Source of the DNA: Vulcanimicrobiota bacterium
GTDB lineage: Bacteria > Vulcanimicrobiota > Vulcanimicrobiia > Vulcanimicrobiales > Vulcanimicrobiaceae
Length of the DNA: 64,000 nucleotides
Assembly (NCBI GenBank): GCA_963795855.1
Contig: CAWCIZ010000003.1
Location: forward strand, 576,001 to 640,000
Direction of reading: 5' to 3'
Position 1 is the stretch's first letter, and the number at the start of each line of letters is the position of its first letter. Position numbers and translations under genes: made by a program. The notes under the pieces are model-generated. The model was not told the origin of the DNA. It saw only the letters and a program-made list of their open reading frames with translations, and searched no databases. Shown piece after piece: positions 19,191 to 29,829 of this stretch.

Positions 19191-20726
19191 CTACTCCGGG
19201 TCGAACGCCCCAACCAAAATCATCTGCTCCGAGATCGCTCCGGCGCGGCGGAAGCGCTCGCGCTCGTCAGGTTGCGATTGCGGCGGCAGTTCGTTCAAAA
19301 TCCGTTCGAGTTCTTCGTCGAACATCGCATCCAGCGATGAGGGCGTATATGCATCCGGATAGCGCAAGCGCTGCGCGAGCATTAACCGGTAGATGCGATC
19401 GGTCGCTAGGTCTTCCATATAGCCGTCGAGCAAACTCGCGCCGCGCCCCGCGAGCACGCCCTCGCGGTAGCGAATGACGGTGCGAACCGCGGCTCGGGTT
19501 CCCTCTATCGTTTTCGCACCGGCGCCGGCGGGAAGGGGCCGCAAATCCGGTCTCGGGTCGACGTTTCGAGGGCGCTTGTCCAGCTGGTTGGGCGCCGGGA
19601 ATTGCGCGACCGCGACCGCATTCTGATCGGGATGGCCCGTCCACGCACCGTCCATCAAGCACGTCGCTTCGTTCTTTTTGTCGCGCGCGAGGACGTCCAT
19701 GGCGCGCGCATTCAACTCCGCATCCTCGCGGCTTGGATACAATGCGGTCATGCCGCCGATCGCGAGCATTCCATGCTTGTGACAGACTTCCGGAATGATC
19801 TCACGCAAGCGTTGAAAGAACGGAACGTCTGTCGGGATCGTGTTCCGGTCGGGCAGCACCCAGCGCGGATCGGCAAGCGTATAGTGAATCAAACTCGCCA
19901 TGTAGTCCCAGCGGCCGAGATTCAAGCCGAGCAGATACTTGCGCAGGTTGTAAGTGAACTCTTCGAGCTGATACGCGAGCGGATGTGCCTCGACCAGCGC
20001 CATGCACTTGATCGAACCCTCCGGCCAGCCTTTCGCGGCGATCGCCGCATCGAAAACGTCGCGCCACCACAGCGCTTCATCCGCCGATTCCGATTTTGGA
20101 ATGTAGATGCACAGCGTTCGGTTCGCCAAGCGCTCCACGTCGAGCCGGTACACTAGCAAGGCGACGTCGAACAGCGAAGCCGGCGTCGGTTCGTCGTAGA
20201 TCCCCGCTTGCGAAAGGTGCAGACCGCGCACGCGATTCCACACCACGGTGCTGCTCGGGACGATTCGCACGCCGGCGTTGCGTTTCGCGTCGACGTACGT
20301 GAGTTCGCCGTACAGCGCTTTCACGATGTTGTCGTGTCCGAGCAGCGTGTGCTCCCACGCGTTGACCATGGAATCTTCGAGGTCGAGCATCACGCCCGGC
20401 GCGCCCGAGTTCAGCATCTTTACCACGAGTTCGGCGTCGTCCGCCGGGCCCGTCATCTGGTTTCGCTGATCGGCGCACCACTCCGGCAGCGCGATGCGCC
20501 AATCGGTGGGACGCGCCTTCGTCGCGTAGAGATACGCCGGCAGGATGCCGTGGTGCGCGCGCTCCAGCACGCGTTGCCGCTGCGCCTTCAACTCTTGCTG
20601 TTGCCGCGCAAAGCGTTCGTGCAGCGGACGGTAGAACGCCGCGAACCCCGCCGGTAGATCGCGTTCGACGTCGAAGCCGGCGGGCGCCGTGTTCATGCCG
20701 GGCGGGCCGAGCGTTTGCATTCGCAT
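19191..20726 (-). CDS. aceB: Malate synthase
   Basis: QMTGP, LNSGA..MLDLEDS, RVRGLHL, YIPK, GLNLGRWDY, AIGGM, DGAWTGHP, MEDLATDRI; TAATG-coupled to aceA. Confidence 0.9.
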   Translation of the reverse strand: MRMQTLGPPGMNTAPAGFDVERDLPAGFAAFYRPLHERFARQQQELKAQRQRVLERAHHGILPAYLYATKARPTDWRIALPEWCADQRNQMTGPADDAELVVKMLNSGAPGVMLDLEDSMVNAWEHTLLGHDNIVKALYGELTYVDAKRNAGVRIVPSSTVVWNRVRGLHLSQAGIYDEPTPASLFDVALLVYRLDVERLANRTLCIYIPKSESADEALWWRDVFDAAIAAKGWPEGSIKCMALVEAHPLAYQLEEFTYNLRKYLLGLNLGRWDYMASLIHYTLADPRWVLPDRNTIPTDVPFFQRLREIIPEVCHKHGMLAIGGMTALYPSREDAELNARAMDVLARDKKNEATCLMDGAWTGHPDQNAVAVAQFPAPNQLDKRPRNVDPRPDLRPLPAGAGAKTIEGTRAAVRTVIRYREGVLAGRGASLLDGYMEDLATDRIYRLMLAQRLRYPDAYTPSSLDAMFDEELERILNELPPQSQPDERERFRRAGAISEQMILVGAFDPE

Positions 20727-22039
20727 TACGCGACCGCCGCGCCCGTCGTGTGCTCTTCGACTTCGTAGAACTGCTCTTCTTCGGTCGAGCCGGTCAATGC
20801 CGTCGTCGATGCGGTGCCTTCCGAGACGACGCGCGCGACGTCGTCGAAATAGCCGGTGCCGACTTCACGCTGGTGGCGCGTCGCCGTGTACCCGAACTGT
20901 TCGCTCGAGAATTCACGCTGCTGGAAGTCCGCATATGCGCTCATGCCGCGCTCGCTGAAATCGCGCGCGAGTTCGAACATGCTGTGGTTGAGGGCGTGGA
21001 AACCGGCCAGCGTGATGAACTGGAACCTGTATCCCATCTCACCCAGCGTGTCGCGGAACTGCGCGATGCTCCGCTCGTCGAGTTTTTTCTTCCAGTTGAA
21101 CGACGGCGAGCAGTTGTACGCCAGCAGTTTTCCGGGGAATTGCGCGTGGATCGCGGCCGCGAACTTGCGCGCTTCATCGACGTTCGGTTCCGACGTTTCG
21201 CACCAGATCAGGTCCGCGTAGGGCGCGTATGCCAGTCCGCGCGCAATTGCCGCGTCGATGCCGCCGCGAATGCGGTAGAAGCCCTCCGCGGTTCGTTCGC
21301 CGGTGCAGAATGCTTTGTCGCGCGCATCGACGTCGCTCGTGAGCAACTGCGCCGCGTTTGCATCCGTGCGCGCGACGATGATTGTCGGCACGTCGAGCAC
21401 GTCGGCCGCGAAGCGCGCGGCGACCAGATGCCGCACCGCCTGCTGCGTCGGGATCAGCACCTTGCCGCCCATGTGCCCGCATTTTTTCTCGGATGCCAAC
21501 TGATCTTCGAAATGCACGCCGGCCGCGCCGGCCCGGATCATCGACTTCATCAGTTCGAAGACGTTGAGCGCGCCGCCGAAACCCGCTTCCGCGTCGGCGA
21601 CGATCGGCACGAACCAATTCGTTCCGGTGCGGCCTTCACTGCAGTCGATTTGGTCGGCGCGCTGCAGCGCGTTGTTGATGCGTTCGACGACCGCCGGCAC
21701 GCTGTTGACGGGATACAAACTCTGATCCGGATACATCTGACCGGCGACGTTTGCGTCCGCCGCGACTTGCCAACCGCTCAGATAGATCGCCTTGAGGCCC
21801 GCTTTGACCGACTGCACCGCCTGATTTCCGGTGAGGCAACCGAGCGCCGCCACCGGCTGCGGTTCGTGCAGAAGAGACCAGAGGCGTTCTGCGCCGGCTC
21901 GGGCGAGCGTGTATTCCACGCGCAGCGTTCCGCGCAGGCGCTCCACGTCGGCGCCGGCATACCGGCGTTCGATTCCGGCCCAGCGGGCGTCGGTCTTCCA
22001 GGACTGCTCCAACTTCGATACTGCGGACGCAACCTTCAC
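20726..22039 (-). CDS. aceA: Isocitrate lyase
   Basis: [35 protein letters not shown] active site, [17 protein letters not shown] before GTG at 22039. Confidence 0.97.
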   Translation of the reverse strand: MKVASAVSKLEQSWKTDARWAGIERRYAGADVERLRGTLRVEYTLARAGAERLWSLLHEPQPVAALGCLTGNQAVQSVKAGLKAIYLSGWQVAADANVAGQMYPDQSLYPVNSVPAVVERINNALQRADQIDCSEGRTGTNWFVPIVADAEAGFGGALNVFELMKSMIRAGAAGVHFEDQLASEKKCGHMGGKVLIPTQQAVRHLVAARFAADVLDVPTIIVARTDANAAQLLTSDVDARDKAFCTGERTAEGFYRIRGGIDAAIARGLAYAPYADLIWCETSEPNVDEARKFAAAIHAQFPGKLLAYNCSPSFNWKKKLDERSIAQFRDTLGEMGYRFQFITLAGFHALNHSMFELARDFSERGMSAYADFQQREFSSEQFGYTATRHQREVGTGYFDDVARVVSEGTASTTALTGSTEEEQFYEVEEHTTGAAVA

Positions 22040-22085
22040 GGGTGTCTCCTCTCGAGCGCAAGCACTTGGCCTGCCATGGCGCCTG

Positions 22086-22177
22086 ATTGGACCGCTCCAA
22101 TTGGATGGTAGCCTTTGTTTCTTTGGATGAGGTCCGAATGTGAGGGACAGGCTATCAAAGACGATGGGCCCCGTCAA
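22086..22177 (-). promoter_or_regulatory. aceA promoter with downstream palindromic operator candidates
   Basis: TTGACG-17 nt-TAGCCT (22177-22149); palindrome ATTGGA-ccgc-TCCAAT at 22086-22101 and a related site at 22123-22138. Confidence 0.6.
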
Positions 22178-22189
22178 GGGCCCATCCGG

Positions 22190-25100
22190 CTACGGCAGCG
22201 TGGGAAGTGGTAACGAGGGTTTACTAGTCAAATCGGGCTGCAGTTCCTCATGGCGCTCCGAAGCTTGAAGCGCGAGGCGTATTGCGAACTCCATCTGCGG
22301 ATCTTTCCCGTCGCGGTAATCGTGCGGCGCGATGTCGACGTCGTAATCCGGATCGGTGCCGTAATTTTCGACTCTCCAGCCTACGTCTTTGAACCAAAAC
22401 GAAAACTCCGGCTGCGTCGTAATCGTCCCGTCTACCAAGTGATGATACGGATTGATGCCGATCACGCCGCCCCACGTACGCTTTCCGACGAGCGGTCCGA
22501 GTTTATACAGTTTGAAGCAATGACTGAAAATATCGCCGTCGGAGCCGGCGAACTGATTGGTGATCGCAATGAGCGGGCCGGCGACCGATTCCGGCGGATA
22601 CGGAATCGGTTTATTGCTGTAGCGTGAGACGTCGTAGCCCACGCGTTTGCGATTCAGCTTCTCCAGCAGCAGCGGCGAGACGTGTCCGCCGCGGTTGTAG
22701 CGCACGTCGACGATGAGTCCATGCCGATCGAACTCGGAGAGATAGCCGCGATGAAACTCGGAGAATCCCCACGGCCCCATATCGGGAATGTGTACGTATC
22801 CGATTTTCCCGCCGGTCTGCTCGTGCACCAAACGGCGATTGCTCTCCACCCACGCGCGATAGCGCAACTGCTGCTCGCTCGCGAGCGTTTTCACCGCGGC
22901 GCGGCGTTCGCCGCCGGCCGTTTTCACGGCGATGGCGACCTCTCGTCCCGCGGTGTTCACGAGCGCGCGATTCGGTGACGTTTCGCGCGTTAGCGTTTTG
23001 CCGCCGATTGCGACCAGGACGTCGCCTTCGGAAATGCCGAGCCCCGGTTCGGCAAGCGGCGAGTCGACGTCGCGGTTCCAAGAATCGCCGCGATAGATGC
23101 GCGTGATGCGCCAGCCCCCGGCGGCGTCGTCCCAAGCGTAATCGGCGCCCAAAAACCCGCGATTATACTCCGGGGGACGGCGAAGATCGCCGCCCATCTC
23201 GTACGCATGCGACGTTCCGAGCTCGCCGTGCATCTCCCAGATGACGTCGGAGAGTTCCGAACGCGTGCGCACGCGGGGCAGCAGCATTTCGTAGCGATCG
23301 TACACGCGGTCCCAATCGATGTCCGACATGTCTTCGACCCAAAACTGCTCGGTCTGCAGACGCCACGCTTCACGGTACATCTGCTTCCATTCCGCATGCG
23401 GATCGACTTCGACGTGCATGCGGTCCAGATCGATCCAGCCGCTTTTTCGACCGGCCTCCGGCGGCGGTTTTGTTTCGTCCTGTTCCTCGGGCAGATCGGC
23501 GAGCGCGTCGACGACGCGCAAGCGATCGTGCGACTGATACACGAGGGTGTGCCGGTCGTTGCCGAGCGCGATGTGCGAAACGTCGGTCGCTATGGTGGCG
23601 CTGCGCTGCTGCTCGAAGTCGTAAGCGATAAGCGATCCGCCATTGTCGGCTTCTTCCGCCTCACGATCTTGCGGTTTGATGCCGCGCACTTCGAATTTCG
23701 TGAACAGCGCGCGATTTCGAAGCGCGACGATTTGCCCGTAATCGCCCTCGTCGACCGGAAACGCCAGAATGCGGCGGTCGATGTCTTCGAAATCGATCTC
23801 GATGCGCGGCGGTTTGTCGGTTTTCTTTTTCTCCTCGTCGGCCGCTTCATGTTCGTGGTCGTGTTCGCGGTGCACCGGTTTGGGTTTGGGCCGAAACGGA
23901 TTCGGCACGTCGCGCCGCAGCGTGACCAAGAACGGACGCTGCGCTTGCGGAAAGCTCAGATTGAATTGCAACGCGTCGTATACCGGGTCGAAATCGCGCG
24001 TCGAGATGAAGTACAGGAAGTTGCCCTCGGGATCCCACGCGGGACTTTCGTCCACGCGCATGCGGGGCGTGACGTCGTACGTTTTTCCGGACTTGCACTT
24101 GACGATTCGCACGATCGCCGCATTGTCGCCGCCGGGCCACCAGACGTACGCGAGCCAGCGGCCGTCAGGCGAAAAGGCGAGATCGGTGACGCGGTTTCCG
24201 AGGCTTTTGTCGAGCACGCGCACCGAACCGTCGTTGTCCAGCAGGCACAACTCGTAGCGATGATTCGCGAACGCAAGACGGTCGCTTACCGGCGAGCAGA
24301 CCAGTTCGGTTACGCGGCCCAGGTCGCTGCGCGTGAGCAATTGCGGCGGTTGCGACGCGTCGGCCGCATGCAGCGCGATTTGCTCGTAGCCGTTCTCGTC
24401 GGTGACGGTGACGAAGCGTTTACCGTCGTGCATCCAGGCGATGCAGCGCTCGCGCACCGCGCTGCCTTTCCCATGATGCAGCGGCGCCTCTTCCCAAAAC
24501 GGCATCGTGTACGGCTGGCCGCGCGCTATCAGCGCGAGAGCCGTTCCGTCCGGCGAGGGCGCGAACTCGTCGAGTTCATCGGAACCCTCGAGAAAACGGC
24601 GCGCGGCCTGCGGCGCTGCGGACGGAGCGGCAACCGCGATTTCACGAGACTCGTCGCGCAAGACGTCGTAGCAGAAAATCGCGCCGCCTGAGGTATACAC
24701 GATGCGCTCGCCGTCCGTCGACGGAAACCGGACGTAATAGTCGCTGTGGTGCGTATGCCGGCGGACCTCGCCGCCGTCGAGCGCGCAGGAGTAAATGTTG
24801 CCGATGCCTTCGTGATCGGACAAAAAGTAAATGCGATCTCCGAGCCACATCGGAAACACCGGGTTGCCGCTGGGCAAACGCAGGCGCTCGAATTCACCCT
24901 GCTGCTGAGCGTCCGTCCAAATCTCACCGGCCGTGCCGCCGCGATAGCGTTTCCAGCGCGCGGAATCGGATTCGTTGCGTCCGATCGCGCAACGCCCGTC
25001 AGGGCCGGGATAGAACGACTTCATGTGTCCGAGCCCGATCTCGCGCAAGCTGCTGCCGTCGGCGGAAATCGCAAAACCGCGCGTTTCACGTTCGTACCAC

Positions 25101-25426
25101 GCGCTCGGGTTGCTGACGAAGTACACTTCGGAACCGTCGGCACTCCACGCGCAGGCCGTCGCGACGGTGCCGCCGAGGAACGTGAGCCGCTGCGGACGGC
25201 CTCCCGCTGCGGGCATGACGTACAGCTCTGGGTTGCCTTCGTCGGTGGCGATGAAGGCGATGCGCGAACCGTCGGGCGACAGCCGGGGCGTCGAGCACGC
25301 GCCTTGCGTGGCCGTGAGCCGTACCGCCGTACCGCCGGCCGCCGGAGCACTCCAAAGATCGTCTTCGCAGGCAAAGACGAGGCGGTCGCCGGCAATAGTC
25401 GCGTAGCGGTAGTAGCCCTGATCCAT
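22190..25426 (-). CDS. Tricorn protease homolog (S41)
   Basis: Two beta-propeller regions, WKRYRGGTAG, GELGTSHAY, PDZ, GYVHIPDMG, DVRYNRGG, AGSDGDIF, GKRTWGGV. Confidence 0.95.
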   Translation of the reverse strand: MDQGYYRYATIAGDRLVFACEDDLWSAPAAGGTAVRLTATQGACSTPRLSPDGSRIAFIATDEGNPELYVMPAAGGRPQRLTFLGGTVATACAWSADGSEVYFVSNPSAWYERETRGFAISADGSSLREIGLGHMKSFYPGPDGRCAIGRNESDSARWKRYRGGTAGEIWTDAQQQGEFERLRLPSGNPVFPMWLGDRIYFLSDHEGIGNIYSCALDGGEVRRHTHHSDYYVRFPSTDGERIVYTSGGAIFCYDVLRDESREIAVAAPSAAPQAARRFLEGSDELDEFAPSPDGTALALIARGQPYTMPFWEEAPLHHGKGSAVRERCIAWMHDGKRFVTVTDENGYEQIALHAADASQPPQLLTRSDLGRVTELVCSPVSDRLAFANHRYELCLLDNDGSVRVLDKSLGNRVTDLAFSPDGRWLAYVWWPGGDNAAIVRIVKCKSGKTYDVTPRMRVDESPAWDPEGNFLYFISTRDFDPVYDALQFNLSFPQAQRPFLVTLRRDVPNPFRPKPKPVHREHDHEHEAADEEKKKTDKPPRIEIDFEDIDRRILAFPVDEGDYGQIVALRNRALFTKFEVRGIKPQDREAEEADNGGSLIAYDFEQQRSATIATDVSHIALGNDRHTLVYQSHDRLRVVDALADLPEEQDETKPPPEAGRKSGWIDLDRMHVEVDPHAEWKQMYREAWRLQTEQFWVEDMSDIDWDRVYDRYEMLLPRVRTRSELSDVIWEMHGELGTSHAYEMGGDLRRPPEYNRGFLGADYAWDDAAGGWRITRIYRGDSWNRDVDSPLAEPGLGISEGDVLVAIGGKTLTRETSPNRALVNTAGREVAIAVKTAGGERRAAVKTLASEQQLRYRAWVESNRRLVHEQTGGKIGYVHIPDMGPWGFSEFHRGYLSEFDRHGLIVDVRYNRGGHVSPLLLEKLNRKRVGYDVSRYSNKPIPYPPESVAGPLIAITNQFAGSDGDIFSHCFKLYKLGPLVGKRTWGGVIGINPYHHLVDGTITTQPEFSFWFKDVGWRVENYGTDPDYDVDIAPHDYRDGKDPQMEFAIRLALQASERHEELQPDLTSKPSLPLPTLP

Positions 25427-25502
25427 AGCGCGCTCACAGGTTGGCGAGAGAACGCGGCCGTCCCGCTTGCACGGCCTATTACTTTGTGTTACAAAGTGAT
25501 AC

Positions 25503-26189
25503 ATGGCGCACGTCGCGATCATCATGGACGGGAACCGGCGCTGGGCGGCGGCCCGAGGGGTACCGCTGGTCGAGGGATACCGGCGCGGAATCGTCGCGTT
25601 GCGCGAGGCCGTTTCGGCCGCCGTCGACGCAGGCGTGAGCGCCCTCACCGTATACGGTTTTTCGACGGAAAACTGGCGCCGCGACGGCTCCGAAATCGGC
25701 ATGCTCATGCAGCTTTGCGCGAGCTTCGCGGCAGCCGAGAAGTCGGCGCTGATGCGTCAAGGCGTACGCGTGCGCATCCTCGGCGACATCGAACCGTTTC
25801 TTCTGCCCGCGCGCGCCGGTCTGCGCGATCTCGTACGCGCAACCGAAAAAAACCGCCGTCTCACGCTGAACCTCGCTCTGAACTACAGCGGCCGGGCGGA
25901 GATCGTGCGCGCCGCTCAACTCATCGCGCGAGACGTCTGCGGCGGACGGCTGGCGCCCGACGAGGTCGATGAGGCGGCGCTTCGTTCGCGTCTGTACGTG
26001 CCGGAAATGCCGGATCCCGATTTACTCATTCGCACCGGCGGAGATCTCCGGATATCGAATTTTCTGTTGTACCAACTCGCCTACACCGAACTGCTGACGC
26101 TTCCGATCATGTGGCCGGATTTCACGGCAGCGCATTTCACCGAGGCCGTGCAGTCGTACGGCGAGCGCGAACGGCGTTTCGGCGCGTAA
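25503..26189 (+). CDS. uppS: Undecaprenyl/polyprenyl diphosphate synthase
   Basis: HVAIIMDGNRRWA, FSTENW, ALNYSGR, PDLLIRTGG.RISNFLL. Confidence 0.95.
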   Translation: MAHVAIIMDGNRRWAAARGVPLVEGYRRGIVALREAVSAAVDAGVSALTVYGFSTENWRRDGSEIGMLMQLCASFAAAEKSALMRQGVRVRILGDIEPFLLPARAGLRDLVRATEKNRRLTLNLALNYSGRAEIVRAAQLIARDVCGGRLAPDEVDEAALRSRLYVPEMPDPDLLIRTGGDLRISNFLLYQLAYTELLTLPIMWPDFTAAHFTEAVQSYGERERRFGA

Positions 26190-26204
26190 GCTCTCCTCGC
26201 GCCG

Positions 26205-27674
26205 CTAGTGTGCGTCCTGTATCTCGTGGAAGTTCGGGCCGCCGGGATTGGCGCTGTTTACCATCGATTGGGCAATGTCCGGAATGATCGTGCGGCCGTT
26301 CGCGCGTTCGAGCAATTCGCCTAGTGCGTGCACGATGATTCCGGTGTCGGCCAACTGCTCGAGCGGCGACGTGAGTACCGGCGTCGGCGTTATGCGCTCG
26401 CGCGGAAGCACCGTCGTTCCGTAAGGCGTGAAGCGCGTCCCGGGAAAACCGGCGATGCTGCGAAACAAGAGTTCCGCGTACAATGCGTTCGCCCATCCGA
26501 AATTCGCTCGCGTGAACAGCCAATAGCCGTCGGGCCAAAAACTTTCATGAATCAAGCCGTCGCTCGAGTCGGTCTGCGCGAGCGTCGTGATGCTCTCCGA
26601 TGTTTCCGACGACGAAGTCGCCGTCAGTGCGCGAGCGATGATCCCGAGCGGCCACACGAATCCCTGCGGCGTATGAGGACTTCCCAATCCTTGCGCATAC
26701 GCTCCGCTGAAAAACCATGGATTGCGCGATGAAAGCGCGTACGCACGCGTGTTCAAATAGGCCGGATCGTTCGCCGAGCACCAATCGATATACGGCAGCG
26801 CGGTCAAATTCGGAATGTTCGCGTCGTCCATGTAGAGGTCGTGCCCGAGCCCGTCGGTTTCATACACGTACGCCCAGCCGCCGTACTTCGCATTCCACAC
26901 GCGCCCGTAGCGCTCGATTCCGACGTAAACCTGTGCCGCCATCGACTGCGCTTCGTTGGCGAGATTACGATCTCGGTACCCGTCGAGCGCCAATTGCGCT
27001 GCGTCTTGCAAGCCGACGACGGCGATCGCTTCCTGCGGAATGTTGAACGGATATGTCGTTCTATCATCCGACGGCCGGAATGCCGACCAAATCATGCCGG
27101 TATTGCCGTTGTAGCTGCCGTTGAGCGTCACTCCGGGAAACGTATACTTGCTGCATTGCGCGTGCAACTGCTCGCAGCGGTACGTGTCGACGATTTTGCG
27201 AAGCGCCGCGTGCAACCGGGGCGTGAATAAAATACGGCGATTCGTTTCCGAATGGTAGACCCATGCGAGCAGCACCGGCCACGCGAGGGAATCGGCTTCC
27301 CACTTGCGTTCCCAAACGGAGTAGTCGGCGCGATAGGCGTTCGCATACGGATCCGCGAGCACGTTGCGCGCGTTGCGCTCGATTACGCCGGCGAAGCGCA
27401 CCGAAAGAATAGGATACGTACCGGCGAAGCGCACGTACGGCAATGTTTGTGCCGACGAATCCCGCAGCCACATCGCCGGGATATCGCCGGTCTGCACGTA
27501 CGTCGTGTCGTCCGCTTCACTGAAAAAGTCCGAGAACAGCGTGTGAAAAAGCGTTTGCGCCTGGATGGGGCGCACGCGGTGACCGGTGAGCGGAAGGACG
27601 AGCGGCTGCGCCGCCGCCGTTGCCGGCAGAATTGCGAGCAGCGCGCACAACGCCGCGCGCAGGGCGGCCTTCAC
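26205..27674 (-). CDS. Secreted GH125 exo-alpha-1,6-mannosidase-like glycosidase
   Basis: TGDIPAMWLRDSSAQ, DPYANAY, WERKWEADSL, SAFRPSDD, MDDANIP, GSPH, IHESF, FGWAN. Confidence 0.9.
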   Translation of the reverse strand: MKAALRAALCALLAILPATAAAQPLVLPLTGHRVRPIQAQTLFHTLFSDFFSEADDTTYVQTGDIPAMWLRDSSAQTLPYVRFAGTYPILSVRFAGVIERNARNVLADPYANAYRADYSVWERKWEADSLAWPVLLAWVYHSETNRRILFTPRLHAALRKIVDTYRCEQLHAQCSKYTFPGVTLNGSYNGNTGMIWSAFRPSDDRTTYPFNIPQEAIAVVGLQDAAQLALDGYRDRNLANEAQSMAAQVYVGIERYGRVWNAKYGGWAYVYETDGLGHDLYMDDANIPNLTALPYIDWCSANDPAYLNTRAYALSSRNPWFFSGAYAQGLGSPHTPQGFVWPLGIIARALTATSSSETSESITTLAQTDSSDGLIHESFWPDGYWLFTRANFGWANALYAELLFRSIAGFPGTRFTPYGTTVLPRERITPTPVLTSPLEQLADTGIIVHALGELLERANGRTIIPDIAQSMVNSANPGGPNFHEIQDAH

Positions 27675-28843
27675 AGCGGCGTTACGGCGACCGCGCCGAG
27701 CGATCCGTCCGCGCGCACGGGAGCGCGCAGCAGCAGGCGGGTTCCATCCGATAGCGTCACGCGATATTCGACGGTCGTGGCGCCGGCGGCCCTTTCACTG
27801 CGGAGAAATTCCAGCAGCGCCACGGCTTTCGGCGCGAATAACGTTCGAGCGCGCTCGCGCATTGCGGCGGTGACGCGCGGGTCTTCGTTTTCCGCGGGTC
27901 CGATAGCGGAGCCGGCTGTCGGTCTCAGCGCCGCAACCAGATCGAGCGCCAGCGGTGCGAGATCGACTTTGTCTGCGTTGCAAAGCATTACCGCTTCATC
28001 GCCGGTCGCCGGAATCAGGAACCCGAACGCGCTGTAGCCGTTCACGTTTCCGCTCGCATACCAAACGTCGGCGCCGAATCGCTCGTTCTGCATCAGACCG
28101 TAGTATGGTGCGGGCACGGTACGCATGAATCGCAAGAGATCCGGCACGTCGGAGCTGATTGCGGCCGCGGAAAACGCGTACGCAGGAGAAGACGGCGTTT
28201 CGCGCTGGAAAGCCATTCCGTCCCATGAATAACCGAGCGCCTCGCCCGCTCGATCGCCGTACCGCGTGTTTTGCAAATGCAGCGGAGCAATCACGCGCGT
28301 GTTGACGAAATCCTCGAACGGCTCGCCGCCGATGCGCTGCGCAATCATGCCAAGCAGGACGTAATTCGTATTGCTGTACGCGAACTGCGTACCCGGCGCA
28401 AACACGAGCGGCTGTGCCGCAACGGCGCCGACGAGCTGCGCGGGCGCGTACCACGCGTACGGATTGAGCGACGGGTCGTCGCTGTACGATGGAATGCCGC
28501 TGCGCTGCGCGAGCAAATCCCGAACCGTCACATTCCCGCCCCACGGGAACTCCGGCAAATACCGGGCAGCCGGCCGGTCAAGATTGAGTTTCCTGCGTTC
28601 GGCAAGCAGCAGAACTGCGCGAGCGGTGAACATTTTCGTCAGCGATCCAACGCGGTAGACCGTGTCCGGGCGTGCTTCCTCGTGACGAAGTGCGTCGGCC
28701 TCGCCGAATCCCCGTGCGTACACGATCCGCCCGTTTTGTGCGATACCCACCGACATTCCCGCGACGTGCTGCGAACGCATGACGATCGCGACCGCGTCGT
28801 CAACCCGTCCTTGGAGTGAGAACGCCAGGAGCAGCGCATGCAT
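27671..28843 (-). CDS. Serine hydrolase, beta-lactamase/PBP family
   Basis: GSLTK (SxxK) and YSNTNY (YxN) intact. Confidence 0.88.
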   Translation of the reverse strand: MHALLLAFSLQGRVDDAVAIVMRSQHVAGMSVGIAQNGRIVYARGFGEADALRHEEARPDTVYRVGSLTKMFTARAVLLLAERRKLNLDRPAARYLPEFPWGGNVTVRDLLAQRSGIPSYSDDPSLNPYAWYAPAQLVGAVAAQPLVFAPGTQFAYSNTNYVLLGMIAQRIGGEPFEDFVNTRVIAPLHLQNTRYGDRAGEALGYSWDGMAFQRETPSSPAYAFSAAAISSDVPDLLRFMRTVPAPYYGLMQNERFGADVWYASGNVNGYSAFGFLIPATGDEAVMLCNADKVDLAPLALDLVAALRPTAGSAIGPAENEDPRVTAAMRERARTLFAPKAVALLEFLRSERAAGATTVEYRVTLSDGTRLLLRAPVRADGSLGAVAVTPL

Positions 28844-28862
28844 GGAGCGCACTTCCACATCA

Positions 28863-29829
28863 ATGGATTTGCTCCGTCAATTTGAGGCTGGAACGCCGCG
28901 AGCGCTCGCACGCGCGATCTCGCGCGCTGAAGCGGGACACGGTGCCGAGTTGATCCGGCATCTGTACGGAAAGACGGGCCGCGCGATGACGATCGGATTA
29001 ACCGGGCCGCCCGGCGTGGGCAAGTCGACGCTGAGTTCCGCAATCGTGCGGAAAGCGCGCGCGCTGGGAAAAACCGTCGGCGTCGTTTCCGTCGACCCCA
29101 GTTCCCCGTTCTCGCACGGCGCGCTGCTTGGCGATCGCATTCGTCTGACCGAGCACTTCACCGACAGCGGCGTGTTCATTCGTTCCATGGCGAGCCGCGG
29201 ACATTTGGGCGGTCTCGCCGGCGCGACTGCCGACGCAGTGCTTTTGATGGACGCGTTCGGCTTGGACGCGATCGTCATCGAAACGGTCGGCGTCGGACAA
29301 TCCGAAATCGAGATTGCGGAGCTTGCCCAAACCACGATCGTCGCACTTCAGCCGGGCAGCGGCGACTCGATTCAGGTTCTCAAAGCGGGCATCATGGAAG
29401 TCGCCGACGTTTTCGTCGTCAACAAAAAAGATCACCCGATGGCCAACCAGCTCAAACGTGAAATTCGCTCGATGATGGAGATGCTGGATTTCAGCGGCTG
29501 GGTGCCCGAACTCGTGATGACGCAAGCCACGAGCGGCGACGGCATCGACGAGCCTCTGGACCGCAATCGAAAAACACGTCGCGTATTTGCAGCGCTCGGG
29601 GGAGATGTCCGAGAAACGGCGCGAAGCGTTCACGCATCAGGTGCGGCAATTGGCGCTCGGCCGTCTGCAGCGTAAACTCGAACGCGAGCTCCAAAGCGAA
29701 ATCGCTGCGGGCGTCGATCCCTATGCCGCCGCCGACCGCGTGCTGCAACGTTTCAGCGTGACCGCCGGGGATGACGACGAGCCGATCCGCCCCGCCCACG
29801 TGCGCGCATCGGTCAAGGGCTTGATGTAA
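28863..29829 (+). CDS. meaB: MeaB/ArgK-family GTPase chaperone of B12-dependent acyl-CoA mutase (extra base at 29553)
   Basis: GLTGPPGVGKST, VDPSSPF, GDRIRL, FIRSMASRG, ETVGVGQSE, NKKD. The C-terminus continues in the 29587-29829 frame. Confidence 0.92.
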
